From Lancefieldella parvula (lineage in GTDB: Bacteria; Actinomycetota; Coriobacteriia; Coriobacteriales; Atopobiaceae): 43,167 nucleotides of DNA. The notes beneath the pieces were generated by a model, which was given only the letters and a program-made list of their open reading frames with translations, had not been told where the DNA came from and did no database searches. The DNA lies in assembly GCA_963551855.1 (NCBI GenBank), contig CAUVID010000001.1, positions 1-43,167 of the forward strand. The letters run 5' to 3'. Both the position numbers and the translations under genes were made by a program. Each line of letters begins with the position of its first letter. The first letter of the stretch is position 1. Shown in pieces: positions 31,204 through 41,391 of this stretch.

Positions 31204-32595
31204 ATGTTTGAGCTAGTTTCTCGCGAGCTGTTCCAGCCAAAGTCAACCTCTGAGCAAAACGCTTATCAAAAGATGAGCGATGCTGAACTTAACCAGGCTC
31301 TTGAGCTTATTGGACAAGAAGCTCGTGCACTTGGCGAGAAAAACCTCAAGCTTGATATGGCCCGCGGAAAGCCAAGCCCTGCACAGACTGCGCTGTCTAA
31401 GCCTATGCTTGACGAGCTGAACTCCAGTTCTGACCTGACTGACAGCGGCTCTTTTGCAGACAACTATGGAGACCCTTGGGGACTTCCTTCTGCGCGAGCC
31501 TTCGCTGCAGAGCTCACAGGTGTACCTGCTGATCAGGTCATTGTAAATGGCTCTTCAAGCCTTAACCTTATGCACGACATCATTTCTCATGCCGTAACCC
31601 ACGGTCTTGCTGGTCAGCCTTCTTGGGCAGAGCAGATGGCGGCTGCAAAGGCTCAGGGTACCACGCTCAAGTTCTTATGCCCTGCTCCAGGCTATGACCG
31701 CCATTTTGCTATTACACAGCATTACGGACTTGAAAACGTTGCGGTACCTATGACTGAAGACGGTCCAAATATGGACGTGGTCAAGGAGCTTGTTGAGAAC
31801 GACAGCTCTGTTAAGGGAATTTGGTGCGTACCACGTTTTGCAAACCCTACCGGTATCACCTATTCAGATGAGGTTGTCCGTGCGTTTGCAAACCTCAAAC
31901 CTGCAGCCCCTGACTTTAGAATCTTCTGGGATAACGCCTATGCAATTCACGCCTTTGTACCAGAATCTGAAGCACCTCAGCTCCTCAATATCTTTGATGC
32001 ACTTGCAGAGGTTGCTGCAGACGATGCTCAAAAGAACCTGGTTATTGCTTTTGCCTCAACGGCAAAGGTAACCTTCCCAAGCTCAGGCATGGCATGGGTT
32101 GCCGCAAGCCCTGCGGACATTAAAGAAATCCAGAGCGCGCTCAAGGTTGCTCGCGTTTCTCCCGAGAAGATCTCTCAGCTGGCGCATGTACGTTTCCTCA
32201 AAGATGCGCACGGCATTGAAGCTCATATGCAAAAGCATGCTGAGTTGCTCCGACCACGTTTTGATCTGGTGGAACGCAAGCTGCAGGAAGGACTGGGCGA
32301 TTTAGCTGTTGCAACCTGGTCTCATCCTAAGGGCGGATACTTTGTCTCATTTGATGGTCCTGTTGGCTCTGCGCGTGCAATTGTTTCTCGCGCACATGAG
32401 CTTGGCGTTACTATGACATCTGCAGGTGCTACGTGGCCAAGTGGCAAGGACCCCTTTGACACTAATATCAGAATTGCTCCAAGTTACCCAACGCTGGAAG
32501 AGCTTGATGCGGCGCTTGATGTCTTTATTGTTGCTGTTAAACAGGTAAGTGCTCGACTAGCAAAAGTTGATCGTGGCCAGAGCGTCTGGGGATAG
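31204..32595 (+). CDS. PLP-dependent aminotransferase class I/II (actinobacterial aspartate aminotransferase-like)
   Basis: LDMARGKP, PGYDRHF, NPTG, WDNAY, FASTAK (PLP Lys), NIRIAP. Confidence 0.9.
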   Translation: MFELVSRELFQPKSTSEQNAYQKMSDAELNQALELIGQEARALGEKNLKLDMARGKPSPAQTALSKPMLDELNSSSDLTDSGSFADNYGDPWGLPSARAFAAELTGVPADQVIVNGSSSLNLMHDIISHAVTHGLAGQPSWAEQMAAAKAQGTTLKFLCPAPGYDRHFAITQHYGLENVAVPMTEDGPNMDVVKELVENDSSVKGIWCVPRFANPTGITYSDEVVRAFANLKPAAPDFRIFWDNAYAIHAFVPESEAPQLLNIFDALAEVAADDAQKNLVIAFASTAKVTFPSSGMAWVAASPADIKEIQSALKVARVSPEKISQLAHVRFLKDAHGIEAHMQKHAELLRPRFDLVERKLQEGLGDLAVATWSHPKGGYFVSFDGPVGSARAIVSRAHELGVTMTSAGATWPSGKDPFDTNIRIAPSYPTLEELDAALDVFIVAVKQVSARLAKVDRGQSVWG

Positions 32596-32683
32596 CTTGT
32601 GTAACTTTGGTATTTACTTTGAAAGTAAGCCCATTCTGCCGTATCTTGATTAACTATGTTTAGAAAAAGCGATTGGATGTTGA

Positions 32684-33460
32684 ATGCCAACTAATACTTC
32701 AAAGCCAGAACTTACACCAGAACAGAAGGCAGAAAAAGAGCTGGTTGCCATGGCTAACCAGACCGCAAAAAAGAAGGCAAAGGACCGCAAGCCAGATGAG
32801 GCTCCTAAAAAACCAGGTCCTTCTACAGGCATGAAGATTGCTATTGGAGTATTCTCGCTCTTTATTGCTATTTCTATGATGTTGCCTTCCCTGGCCAGCA
32901 TTTTCTCTAACTCCCAAAAGCAGAATCAGAACCATCAGAATTCTCCTGAGGCTATTAACCAGGTCTATCAGAAACAGGCGGAAGAAAAAGAGTCTGCTAT
33001 TCAGTCCAATCCAGATAATCTTCCAGCACATCTTGATTTGGCTCGTACGTATCTAGGCTGGGGAATGGCACTTAAGAGCTCCTCTCAAGATGACTCTGTT
33101 CAGAAGCAGTCTTTACAGCTGATCAACAAGGCAATTGCCGAGTACGATACGTATCTTGCTTCAAATGATTCTGATGAGGTTCGTGTTGATAGGGCTATTG
33201 CGCAGTTCTATGCAGGAGACCAAACGGGTGCCGTTGAGGCGCTTAAGGCAGTAACAGATCGCTCTCCAGACTATGCTAACGGTTGGCTTAATTTGGGAAT
33301 GATGTATCGTGTTACTGATCAAGTAGATCTTGCAAAAGAGGCACTGCAGAAGGCAATTGAGAAAGATTCCGATAATAGCGCCGGTGTGAGGGATAATGCA
33401 CAGAAAGTTCTTGATGCATTAAACGGAAACACCTCTACCTCTTCAAATAACACTAAGTAA
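32684..33460 (+). CDS. Membrane-anchored tetratricopeptide repeat protein
   Basis: Charged N-terminus, single TM, TPR-like helices (GWLNLGMMY..AKEALQKAI). Confidence 0.8.
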   Translation: MPTNTSKPELTPEQKAEKELVAMANQTAKKKAKDRKPDEAPKKPGPSTGMKIAIGVFSLFIAISMMLPSLASIFSNSQKQNQNHQNSPEAINQVYQKQAEEKESAIQSNPDNLPAHLDLARTYLGWGMALKSSSQDDSVQKQSLQLINKAIAEYDTYLASNDSDEVRVDRAIAQFYAGDQTGAVEALKAVTDRSPDYANGWLNLGMMYRVTDQVDLAKEALQKAIEKDSDNSAGVRDNAQKVLDALNGNTSTSSNNTK

Positions 33461-33469
33461 GGAGGAGTT

Positions 33470-33781
33470 ATGGCACTAGAGATAAGCTCTGAAATTACAG
33501 ATGAAAAGGCCATTATTCGCATTGAGGGCGAGGTAGACGTATCAAACGCCTCTGAGCTTCGCGATGCTTTGGATACCGCGCTCGCCGATGGAGCAAAAGA
33601 AGTTGAAGCTGATTTTGCTGAGGTAGCTTATATTGATTCGACGGGCATTGGCGTTTTAGTGGGTGCCGCACATCGAGCACAAGAGAGTGGTTCTGTGCTT
33701 GTTGTTGCAAATCCTCAGAAAAACGTGGAGCGTGTCTTTTCGCTTCTTGGGGTCGATAAAGACCTTAACGTTCGCAAGTAG
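33470..33781 (+). CDS. STAS-domain anti-sigma factor antagonist
   Basis: GEVDVS, YIDSTGIGVL phospho-Ser motif; AAGGAGGAG RBS. Confidence 0.92.
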   Translation: MALEISSEITDEKAIIRIEGEVDVSNASELRDALDTALADGAKEVEADFAEVAYIDSTGIGVLVGAAHRAQESGSVLVVANPQKNVERVFSLLGVDKDLNVRK

Positions 33782-33794
33782 GTTTGGTAACTTG

Positions 33795-33830
33795 CAAGCT
33801 CTTTGATGTAACTGTTCAAAGAGCTTGTTT
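33795..33830 (+). terminator. Hairpin between the STAS gene and tatA/B
   Basis: CAAGCTCTTTGA-N9-TCAAAGAGCTTG followed by TTT. Confidence 0.65.
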
Positions 33831-33856
33831 ATGTTTGTTCCAGAAAGGTATCGCTT

Positions 33857-34480
33857 GTGTTTGGCATTGGAGAAACAGAGCTCGTACTAATTTTGCTTTT
33901 TGCATTTTTAGTATTTGGTCCTGATAAATTACCTGGTATGGGTCGCACGCTTGGCCGTGCTCTCAGACAGTTCCAGAACGCTCAAGAGGGCTTTAATAAA
34001 GTTGTTCGTGCAGACTTACTTGACCCTGCAGCGGATGCACTTCACGAGAAACCCAAGCGCTCCGAGCAGCTTAAAAATGCTGCATCTGATGCTGACCGCG
34101 AGGATACAGATCACCAGGAAACCTTTGCTGAGCGTCGTGCTCGTCTCAAGGAAGAGCGTGAGGCAGCTGAGAAGGCCGCTGCTGAGAAGGCTGAGCAAAG
34201 CAAGCAAGCTGAACAGACCCAGGAGGCTGAGCAGGCAGAGGCTGCTTCTGCTGACGAGGCTCCTGCATCTGCACCACAAACTACCTCTTCTGTTGCTTTC
34301 TCCGATGATTCCACAGAGGTAACTGAGCACGTGGCACCTCAGGCCGCAGAAGAAACTCCTGCTGCCGCTCCATCTGCAAAAGACCTCTATAACCTTGGAT
34401 CTGCACGTTCTTCTCGCTCTATAGCAGAAGACAAGAAAGAAGAAGTTGCTGGAGAGGAGGGAGAAAGCCAGGACGCATAA
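33857..34480 (+). CDS. Twin-arginine translocase TatA/TatB subunit with long acidic tail
   Basis: MFGIGETEL..LVFGPDKLP..GRTLGRALRQF; directly upstream of tatC. Confidence 0.92.
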   Translation: MFGIGETELVLILLFAFLVFGPDKLPGMGRTLGRALRQFQNAQEGFNKVVRADLLDPAADALHEKPKRSEQLKNAASDADREDTDHQETFAERRARLKEEREAAEKAAAEKAEQSKQAEQTQEAEQAEAASADEAPASAPQTTSSVAFSDDSTEVTEHVAPQAAEETPAAAPSAKDLYNLGSARSSRSIAEDKKEEVAGEEGESQDA

Positions 34481-34498
34481 GTCCAGCTTTCGCGTGTA

Positions 34499-35287
34499 AT
34501 GCCTATTACTCCAGCTCGTATGCCACTTTTTGATCACCTGGGAGAACTCCGTCGTCGTGTGACCATTGTGGTGGTATCGCTTTTTGTTACCGCAATCATT
34601 ATTTATTTTGCTACACCTGCACTGATTGAGATTTTGATTGACCCTATCAGGGAGTTTTTGACCGATGGTAAGCTTACGGTTATCTCGGTCCTTGGCGGCT
34701 TTAGTATCAGGTTTAAGGTAGCTTTCTTCTTCTCGGTGATTATCTGCACACCTATTATCATCTGGGAGATTATGGCTTTCTTCTTGCCTGCGCTTAACGC
34801 TAAAGAGCGCAAGTGGGTTGTTCCTACCGTGGCAGCCATGATTACCTTGTTCTTCTTAGGTATGCTGTTCTGCTACTTCATCATTTTGAACACCGCAATT
34901 GGTTGGATGATTGGTCAGTCGCAGGAGTTTGCAGGAACCATTAACGAAGCAAGCGATTATCTCAACATTATTATGATGTTTGAGATTGGCTTTGGTGTTG
35001 CGTTCCAGCTTCCACTAGTTATCTTCTACCTGGCTATTCTTCACCTTGTTCCTTACAAAGATATGCGTGAGCAGTGGCGCTATGTCTATGTTGGCCTGAT
35101 GATCCTTTCTGCAGTAGTCACTCCTGACGCATCGCCTGTCACCATGATTTTGATGTTTGCAGCTCTTATTCTGCTGTATGAAGTTGCTCTGGCAGTTGCT
35201 CGTTACGTCATTATTGCTCGTGATGGCAAAGCTGCTCTTAAGTGGAGCCGCGAGGACTACGAGCAGCATGAGCTAGACAAAATCTAA
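34499..35287 (+). CDS. tatC: Twin-arginine translocase TatC
   Basis: MPLFDHLGELRRR, FLPAL, FQLP, VTPD, LYE. Confidence 0.96.
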   Translation: MPITPARMPLFDHLGELRRRVTIVVVSLFVTAIIIYFATPALIEILIDPIREFLTDGKLTVISVLGGFSIRFKVAFFFSVIICTPIIIWEIMAFFLPALNAKERKWVVPTVAAMITLFFLGMLFCYFIILNTAIGWMIGQSQEFAGTINEASDYLNIIMMFEIGFGVAFQLPLVIFYLAILHLVPYKDMREQWRYVYVGLMILSAVVTPDASPVTMILMFAALILLYEVALAVARYVIIARDGKAALKWSREDYEQHELDKI

Positions 35288-35320
35288 TAGTTTCATTTTT
35301 ACTTTGGAGAGTGTTGTTCT

Positions 35321-37834
35321 TTGATTCTAGTTGTTACCGAGAAAAACGACGCAGCGCAGCAGATTGCTCGCCTTCTGTCTGAATCGGGTAAGCCTGAGAC
35401 AGACAAGGTATACAACACTCCTGTTTATCGTTTTAGACGTGGCGGAGAAGACCATGTTGCTATTGGTCTTCGCGGTCATATTCTGCAGCCGGATTTTCCT
35501 TTGGCTCTCAAGTTTGACAAGGAAGAGGGCTGGTATGGAGAAACTGCGGAAGGGGAGCACCTTCCTGCAGATGTTCCAGATGGCCTTGAGCGTCCTCCTT
35601 ATAAGGTTAAGCGCAAGCCTTTTATGGCAGATGGCGTTGACCTTAAGGGCTGGAAAATCCCCAGCTTGCCCTATTTGATTTGGGCTCCTGTAGATAAACA
35701 GCCTGCAGAAAAAGAGATTATTCGCGCCCTCAAAAACCTTGCTAAGAAGGCAGAGTCTGTCATTATCGGTACAGACTTTGACCGCGAGGGAGAGCTTATT
35801 GGCTCTGATGCATTGGCACAGGTTCTCTCGGTTAATCCTAATCTGGCAGTATTTCGTGCTCGCTACTCTGCCTTTACCAAGACAGAGATTGAGACCGCCT
35901 TCAATAACCTGGTGGACCTTGATTACAACTTGGCTGCAGCAGGTGAGTCCAGGCAGTATATCGACCTCATTTGGGGTGCGGTACTGACCCGTTACCTAAC
36001 AACTGCACGCTTTGGCGGTCTGGGCAATACGCGCTCTGCTGGTCGTGTTCAGACCCCTACGCTGGCACTTGTCGTTGAGCGCGAGCGTGAGCGCTTGGCA
36101 TTTAAGCCAGAAGATTATTGGGTTATTTCTGGCGTTGCTGCCCCTGAAGATGATGCGGAAGCAACTTTCAAGATGGTTCACCAGACCGCAAGGTTCTGGG
36201 ATCAGGCGGAAGCAGATGCAGCATATGCTGTTGTTAAAGATCAAACGAAGGCAACGGTTGTCGAGATTGAATCTCGCAGCAGAAAGCAGCAGCCACCAGC
36301 TCCATTTAACACCACGTCGCTCCAGGCAGCTGCAGCTGCAGAGGGTATCTCGCCAGCTAGAACTATGCGTTTGGCAGAGTCTCTGTACATGGACGGCTTG
36401 ATTTCATACCCTCGTGTTGATAACACGGTTTATCCAAGTTCGCTTGATTTGAAGGACTGTGTCCGTACGCTGTCTGCAGTTCCTCAGTATGCTCCTACCT
36501 GCAAAAAGCTTTTGGGTCAGCCAAAGCTTCACGCTACTCGCGGCAAGCAGGAGTCTACTGACCACCCACCAATTTATCCAACAGCAGCTGCAAATCCAGA
36601 TGCTTTGCAGCCTGCAGCTTGGAAGCTCTATAACTTAATTGCTCGTAGATTCCTTGCAACTCTTATGGGTTCGGCTACTATGAGCGGCACTAAGATCACG
36701 CTTGATGTTGCTGGTCAGCCCTTTGTTGCAAATGGAACCGTGCTGGCAGAGCCAGGCTTTAGAGAGATTTATCCCTTTGGCCTTAAGAAAGACGATCAGA
36801 TTCCTGATGTTGGTGAGGGAGAGATTGTCTCTATTCAGTCTTTGTCGCTTGACGCTAAGCAGACAGAGCCACCTGCTCGCTACAGCCAGGGTAAGCTTAT
36901 TCAAGAGATGGAGAAGCAAGGCCTTGGTACAAAGTCTACGCGTGCCTCCATTATTGATACGCTCTACCAGCGTAAATACCTCAAAAACGATCCTGTTGAG
37001 CCAAGCCAGCTTGGTATGGCAATTGTTGATGCGCTCTCGCAGTTTGCGCCACACATTACCTCGCCTGATATGACGGCAGAGCTTGAGTCCGATATGACAA
37101 GCGTTGCTGAGGGCAAAGATACGCGTGATGGCGTTGTTACACACTCAAGAACCCTGCTTGCAGGCATGATTGATACGCTCATTGACCACAAAGAAGACCT
37201 GTCTGAGGCCATTGCTGATGCAGTTACTGCTGACGCAAAGGTGGGAACCTGCCCTAAGTGCGGCAAAGACTTGGTTGCTAAGAGCTCTCTGAAGACTCGT
37301 GGAAGCTTTGTTGGCTGCATGGGTTGGCCAGACTGCGATGTTACCTATCCACTGCCTCAGGGACGCGTTGAGCCGCTTGAGGGAGAGGCTGGTGTCTGCC
37401 CCGAGTGCGGTGCTCCTCGCGTAAAGGTTCAGCCGTTTAGACAGCGTGCGTATGAGACTTGCATCAATCCTGCTTGTCCTACAAACGCAGAGCCAGATCT
37501 TATTGTGGGTGAGTGTCCAACCTGCAAGGCCAATGGGAAGCACGGGGACCTGGTGGCCCACAAGTCAGAGCGTACGGGCAAGCGTTTTATTCGCTGCACC
37601 AACTACGAGGAGTGCGAGACCAGCTATCCTCTGCCTGCTCGTGGAAAGCTCGAGAAGACCGATGAGGTCTGCCCAGATTGTGGCGCTCCTATGGTGGTTG
37701 TTACTACCCAGAGGGGTCCTTGGAAGCTCTGTCCAAACTACGATTGCCCTGGTAAAGAAAAGAAAACTGCCTCGCGTAGAGGCGCTCGTAAGAGTACTAA
37801 GAGCACCAAATCCACCAAGGCAGCAAAAAAGTAA
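35321..37834 (+). CDS. topA: Type IA DNA topoisomerase with C-terminal Zn ribbons
   Basis: TOPRIM TEK..TDFDREGE, SAGRVQTPTL, catalytic ISYPR, GLGTKSTR, repeated CxxC; TTG start. Confidence 0.92.
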   Translation: MILVVTEKNDAAQQIARLLSESGKPETDKVYNTPVYRFRRGGEDHVAIGLRGHILQPDFPLALKFDKEEGWYGETAEGEHLPADVPDGLERPPYKVKRKPFMADGVDLKGWKIPSLPYLIWAPVDKQPAEKEIIRALKNLAKKAESVIIGTDFDREGELIGSDALAQVLSVNPNLAVFRARYSAFTKTEIETAFNNLVDLDYNLAAAGESRQYIDLIWGAVLTRYLTTARFGGLGNTRSAGRVQTPTLALVVERERERLAFKPEDYWVISGVAAPEDDAEATFKMVHQTARFWDQAEADAAYAVVKDQTKATVVEIESRSRKQQPPAPFNTTSLQAAAAAEGISPARTMRLAESLYMDGLISYPRVDNTVYPSSLDLKDCVRTLSAVPQYAPTCKKLLGQPKLHATRGKQESTDHPPIYPTAAANPDALQPAAWKLYNLIARRFLATLMGSATMSGTKITLDVAGQPFVANGTVLAEPGFREIYPFGLKKDDQIPDVGEGEIVSIQSLSLDAKQTEPPARYSQGKLIQEMEKQGLGTKSTRASIIDTLYQRKYLKNDPVEPSQLGMAIVDALSQFAPHITSPDMTAELESDMTSVAEGKDTRDGVVTHSRTLLAGMIDTLIDHKEDLSEAIADAVTADAKVGTCPKCGKDLVAKSSLKTRGSFVGCMGWPDCDVTYPLPQGRVEPLEGEAGVCPECGAPRVKVQPFRQRAYETCINPACPTNAEPDLIVGECPTCKANGKHGDLVAHKSERTGKRFIRCTNYEECETSYPLPARGKLEKTDEVCPDCGAPMVVVTTQRGPWKLCPNYDCPGKEKKTASRRGARKSTKSTKSTKAAKK

Positions 37835-37841
37835 ACGTATG

Positions 37842-37868
37842 ACGGTGCATCGAGAGGTGCACCGTTTT
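37842..37868 (+). terminator. Intrinsic terminator after topA
   Basis: ACGGTGCATC-GAGA-GGTGCACCGT-TTT. Confidence 0.75.
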
Positions 37869-38022
37869 CGGAAGAACGAGCGTCCCTCTCCAACGCCCGC
37901 TCCATACGTATTTTTACCCATTTTTGAGCACCTTTCATGTGGAAATGCGCAAAACCTTTAGAATATTCATGGCGAGAAACACAATCTGCCTGTATCGTGA
38001 GATAGTTAAGAGGGAGGGAAGC

Positions 38023-38682
38023 ATGAACAAAGACGCACGTACATCTCAAGGCTTGTTTATCACGCTTGAAGGCGTTGATGGCTGTGGCAAGTCAACACAA
38101 GCTTCTCTTCTGCGAGAAGACCTTGAAGCTCTTGGCTTTGATGTGGTCTTTGTTCGTGAGCCTGGCGGCACTGCTATTTCTGAGCAGATTAGAGGCGTGG
38201 TGCTTAATCCAGAAAACGGCATGATGTGCGATGAGTGTGAGCTCTTACTCTATGAAGCAAGTCGTGCCCAGCTGGTAGGAGAGGTTATCCGACCAGCTCT
38301 AGCTGCGGGCAAAGTTGTCTTGTGTGATCGCTTCTATGACTCCACCTTTGCCTATCAAGCAGCTGGTCGCGGTCTTGATACAGACCTCGTTCATCGTGCA
38401 AATCGCTTGGGAAGCTGTGGGGTTTCTCCTGATAGAACTCTTGTTTTTATGCTCGAGCCAACAGTTGCTCATGCGCGTGCTACGCAAAATGATGCCGATA
38501 GGCTAGAAGCAGAAGGTGTTGCCTTCCAGGAGCGAGTTTTTGCTGGTTATAAGCAACTTCTGCAAAATGAGCCAGAGCGTGTAAAAGCTGTAGATGCAGA
38601 TGGCACAATTGATGAGGTTCGCGCACGTACTCGTCAGCTGTTAGCAGATCTTATTCCTGGTATTTGTGAGCTTGGTGAGTGA
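38023..38682 (+). CDS. tmk: Thymidylate kinase
   Basis: FITLEGVDGCGKST, REPGGT, CDRFYDSTFAYQ. Confidence 0.97.
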   Translation: MNKDARTSQGLFITLEGVDGCGKSTQASLLREDLEALGFDVVFVREPGGTAISEQIRGVVLNPENGMMCDECELLLYEASRAQLVGEVIRPALAAGKVVLCDRFYDSTFAYQAAGRGLDTDLVHRANRLGSCGVSPDRTLVFMLEPTVAHARATQNDADRLEAEGVAFQERVFAGYKQLLQNEPERVKAVDADGTIDEVRARTRQLLADLIPGICELGE

Positions 38683-38689
38683 CGCGTTT

Positions 38690-39859
38690 ATGACTCAAGA
38701 GAGCACACATACTACTCAAAACACCTATCCACTTCCTCAGGCACTTACCCGTCTTCAGGATCAACCTCAAGTTCAAAATCTGCTTGCACGCGCACTTCAT
38801 GAGCACAAGCTTGGCCACGCCTATCTGTTTGTAGGAGCTCCTGGCTCTGGAAAAGGTCTTGCAGCCAAAGCTCTGGCGCAGTGTGTTCTCTGTGCTCAGG
38901 ACGGTGACGCTGCCTGTGACGACTGCATTCGTATTTCTCGCGGTACTCACCCTGACGTTCACGTACTTACTCCAGCTTCCGCAAATGGCTACCTCATTGA
39001 GCAGATTCGTCAGCTCATCGCTGATGTTAGTCTGGCGCCTATGCGCTCAACTCATAAGATTTACGTGATTGACCGCGCTGATTTGCTCAGAGAAAATTCT
39101 GCAAATGCACTGCTCAAAACTATTGAAGAGCCACCTGCAGACACCATCTTTATTTTGTCTGCACGTTCTTCTTCTGCGGTGCTTCCCACCATTGTTTCTC
39201 GTTGTCAGGTAGTTGCGTTTAGAACACTCACTGACGCTGCTGCTAAAGCCGCTATTATGCGAGAGATTTCCGCTACAGAGCAGGAAGCTCGTATTGCGCT
39301 TGCAGCAACAGGAACCCCTGGTAGAGCTGTGGAGTTTTTGCAGTCTTCTACGCGAAAAAACATTCGCAGACAGCTCATTGATGTTTTTGGCAATCTGCTC
39401 AGAAATGACTCGTGGGATGTACTCACTTCCGCAAAAGAGCTGATAGAAGCTGCAAAAATTCCTCTTGGTGACGTAAGACGTGCCCAAGAAGAGGCGCTTG
39501 CTCAAAATGAAGACTTTCTTACCAGCGCTGCGTTAAAGCAGGTTGAGGCGGCAAATAAGCGAGAACTCACAGCGCGCGAACGTTCGGGTATCATAGAAAT
39601 GTTGGCAATTCTGGAATCGCTTCTTCGCGACGTACTTTTATGTTGCGAAGCGGTTGATGAAGAAATAGTAAATACGGATGCAGCAGGCATTATTGACCGC
39701 GTTGCATCTCAAACTCATACCCAGGGTGTTTTGGGGGCTCTTGCTGCGGTGCAAGAGGCTCAATATAACCTGGATCGCTCTGTTTCTCCCCAGCTAACCC
39801 TTGAGGTTATGCTGCTGCATATCAAGGAGGCACTTACATGCCCACCGTTGTCCCGGTGA
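38690..39859 (+). CDS. holB: DNA polymerase III delta' subunit (alternative start GTG 38675)
   Basis: HAYLFVGAPGSGK, Zn-binding Cys, HPDV, ANALLKTIEEPP, LPTIVSRC; follows tmk. Confidence 0.92.
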   Translation: MTQESTHTTQNTYPLPQALTRLQDQPQVQNLLARALHEHKLGHAYLFVGAPGSGKGLAAKALAQCVLCAQDGDAACDDCIRISRGTHPDVHVLTPASANGYLIEQIRQLIADVSLAPMRSTHKIYVIDRADLLRENSANALLKTIEEPPADTIFILSARSSSAVLPTIVSRCQVVAFRTLTDAAAKAAIMREISATEQEARIALAATGTPGRAVEFLQSSTRKNIRRQLIDVFGNLLRNDSWDVLTSAKELIEAAKIPLGDVRRAQEEALAQNEDFLTSAALKQVEAANKRELTARERSGIIEMLAILESLLRDVLLCCEAVDEEIVNTDAAGIIDRVASQTHTQGVLGALAAVQEAQYNLDRSVSPQLTLEVMLLHIKEALTCPPLSR

Positions 39860-41391
39860 AATTTGAATACGCCGCGCGCGACCTTTGGTTTGATCCAAAG
39901 GAGTCCGGTGTTCTTGAAGGTGACCACGTTATCTGTCAGACCGAGCGCGGCCTAGAGATTGGTCTTGCTGTTGCTGATCCTCGTGAGATTTCTCAGGAGG
40001 AGTTTGAGTACAAGACAAATAAAGCCGAGCTCAAAGACGTTGTTCGTGTAGCAACTGACGAGGACCTTTCTCGCGCAGAAGAGCTTGCCGCTAAGGGCGA
40101 GGCTGCGCTTCCTGTGTTCAGGAAGTTTGCTGTTCAAGAAGAACTTGAGATGAAGCCCATTGGTGTCGAGTACCTTTTTGATGGCGAGAAGGTCGTGTGT
40201 TACTTCTCGGCTGATGATCGTGTGGACTTTAGGCAGCTTGTTCGTGAGCTTTCTCATGAGCTTCATGAGCGCATTGACATGCGTCAGATTGGCGTCAGGG
40301 AAGAAGCAGCGGTTATTGGTGGCTACGGTCACTGTGGACAAGAGCTCTGCTGTAGAAGGTTTGGTCTCTCTTTTGAGCCAGTTTCTATCCGTATGGCAAA
40401 AGAGCAGGATTTGCCTCTGAACTCCACTAAGATTTCTGGTGCGTGTGGTCGCTTAATGTGCTGCTTGCGCTATGAGTTTGAAGCCTATCGCGACTTTAAG
40501 AACCGTGCTCCAAAGCGCAATGCTGTTATTGAGACTCCTCTGGGTATGGCAAAAATTGTTGAGTACAACACGCCAAAAGAGGAGATTGCGCTTCGTCTTG
40601 AGAGTGGCAAGGTGGTACGTATTCCTCTTGCTGACATGGACACATCTCCTGCGGCTCAGCAGAAGTCGAAAGACCTTGGCTGTTCTTGCAGGCCAGACAG
40701 CGTTTCTCGCGCTGCACTTGAGCGTCTTGAATCTGTTGAGGTTCAGATGGCTCTGGCAGAACTTGATAGAGCAAATGGTTTGATTGTTGATGAAGAACCA
40801 GAGATTAACCCTGATCTCTTTGTCACAGAGACTCCAAGGCGCAAGCGTGAGCGCTCTGAGCAGAGCTCTGCAAATAGGCAGGAAAACGTCAAGAATTCCG
40901 GTGCAAGAAACGCTCGAGAAGAACAAGGCGCTCAAAGTTCTTCTCGCACCCGTCGTGTAAGAACCTCGAAGAATGCTCAGGTAAATCCTGGTTCTAGTAC
41001 TTTTGATGCTTCAACAGATACGCTTCGTCGTACCCGCCGCCGTCATCACGCAACAGAAGAGGGCACTGCAAATACTCAGGTTCCTCAGAAAAATGAGCAG
41101 GGTTCAGCTTCTGCACAGAAGCAGCCACAGGGTAAGCGTTTTAGAAGGACAGATGCTCCTCAGACGTCACAGAAAGCTGATGAGGCACAGGCACCAGTTC
41201 GTGCAAAAAGGACTCGTCGTCCAGGTGATAGGGCGGGCATGAAGACCCAGAACGCCCCACAGAATACTTCTGGTTCTAACGGTACGCCTACCGCTGCATC
41301 TAGAGACACTCAGTCACAAAACGCTGCACGTCGTAGACATAGAAGAGCTGGACGCGATGATCGCGGTCACGGTTCAAAGGACAACGCGTAA
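39838..41391 (+). CDS. ricT: PSP1/RicT (YaaT) family protein with long disordered C-terminal tail
   Basis: RVDFRQLV, GHCGQELCC, MAKEQDL, SGACGRLMCCLRYE; follows holB. Confidence 0.9.
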   Translation: MPTVVPVKFEYAARDLWFDPKESGVLEGDHVICQTERGLEIGLAVADPREISQEEFEYKTNKAELKDVVRVATDEDLSRAEELAAKGEAALPVFRKFAVQEELEMKPIGVEYLFDGEKVVCYFSADDRVDFRQLVRELSHELHERIDMRQIGVREEAAVIGGYGHCGQELCCRRFGLSFEPVSIRMAKEQDLPLNSTKISGACGRLMCCLRYEFEAYRDFKNRAPKRNAVIETPLGMAKIVEYNTPKEEIALRLESGKVVRIPLADMDTSPAAQQKSKDLGCSCRPDSVSRAALERLESVEVQMALAELDRANGLIVDEEPEINPDLFVTETPRRKRERSEQSSANRQENVKNSGARNAREEQGAQSSSRTRRVRTSKNAQVNPGSSTFDASTDTLRRTRRRHHATEEGTANTQVPQKNEQGSASAQKQPQGKRFRRTDAPQTSQKADEAQAPVRAKRTRRPGDRAGMKTQNAPQNTSGSNGTPTAASRDTQSQNAARRRHRRAGRDDRGHGSKDNA

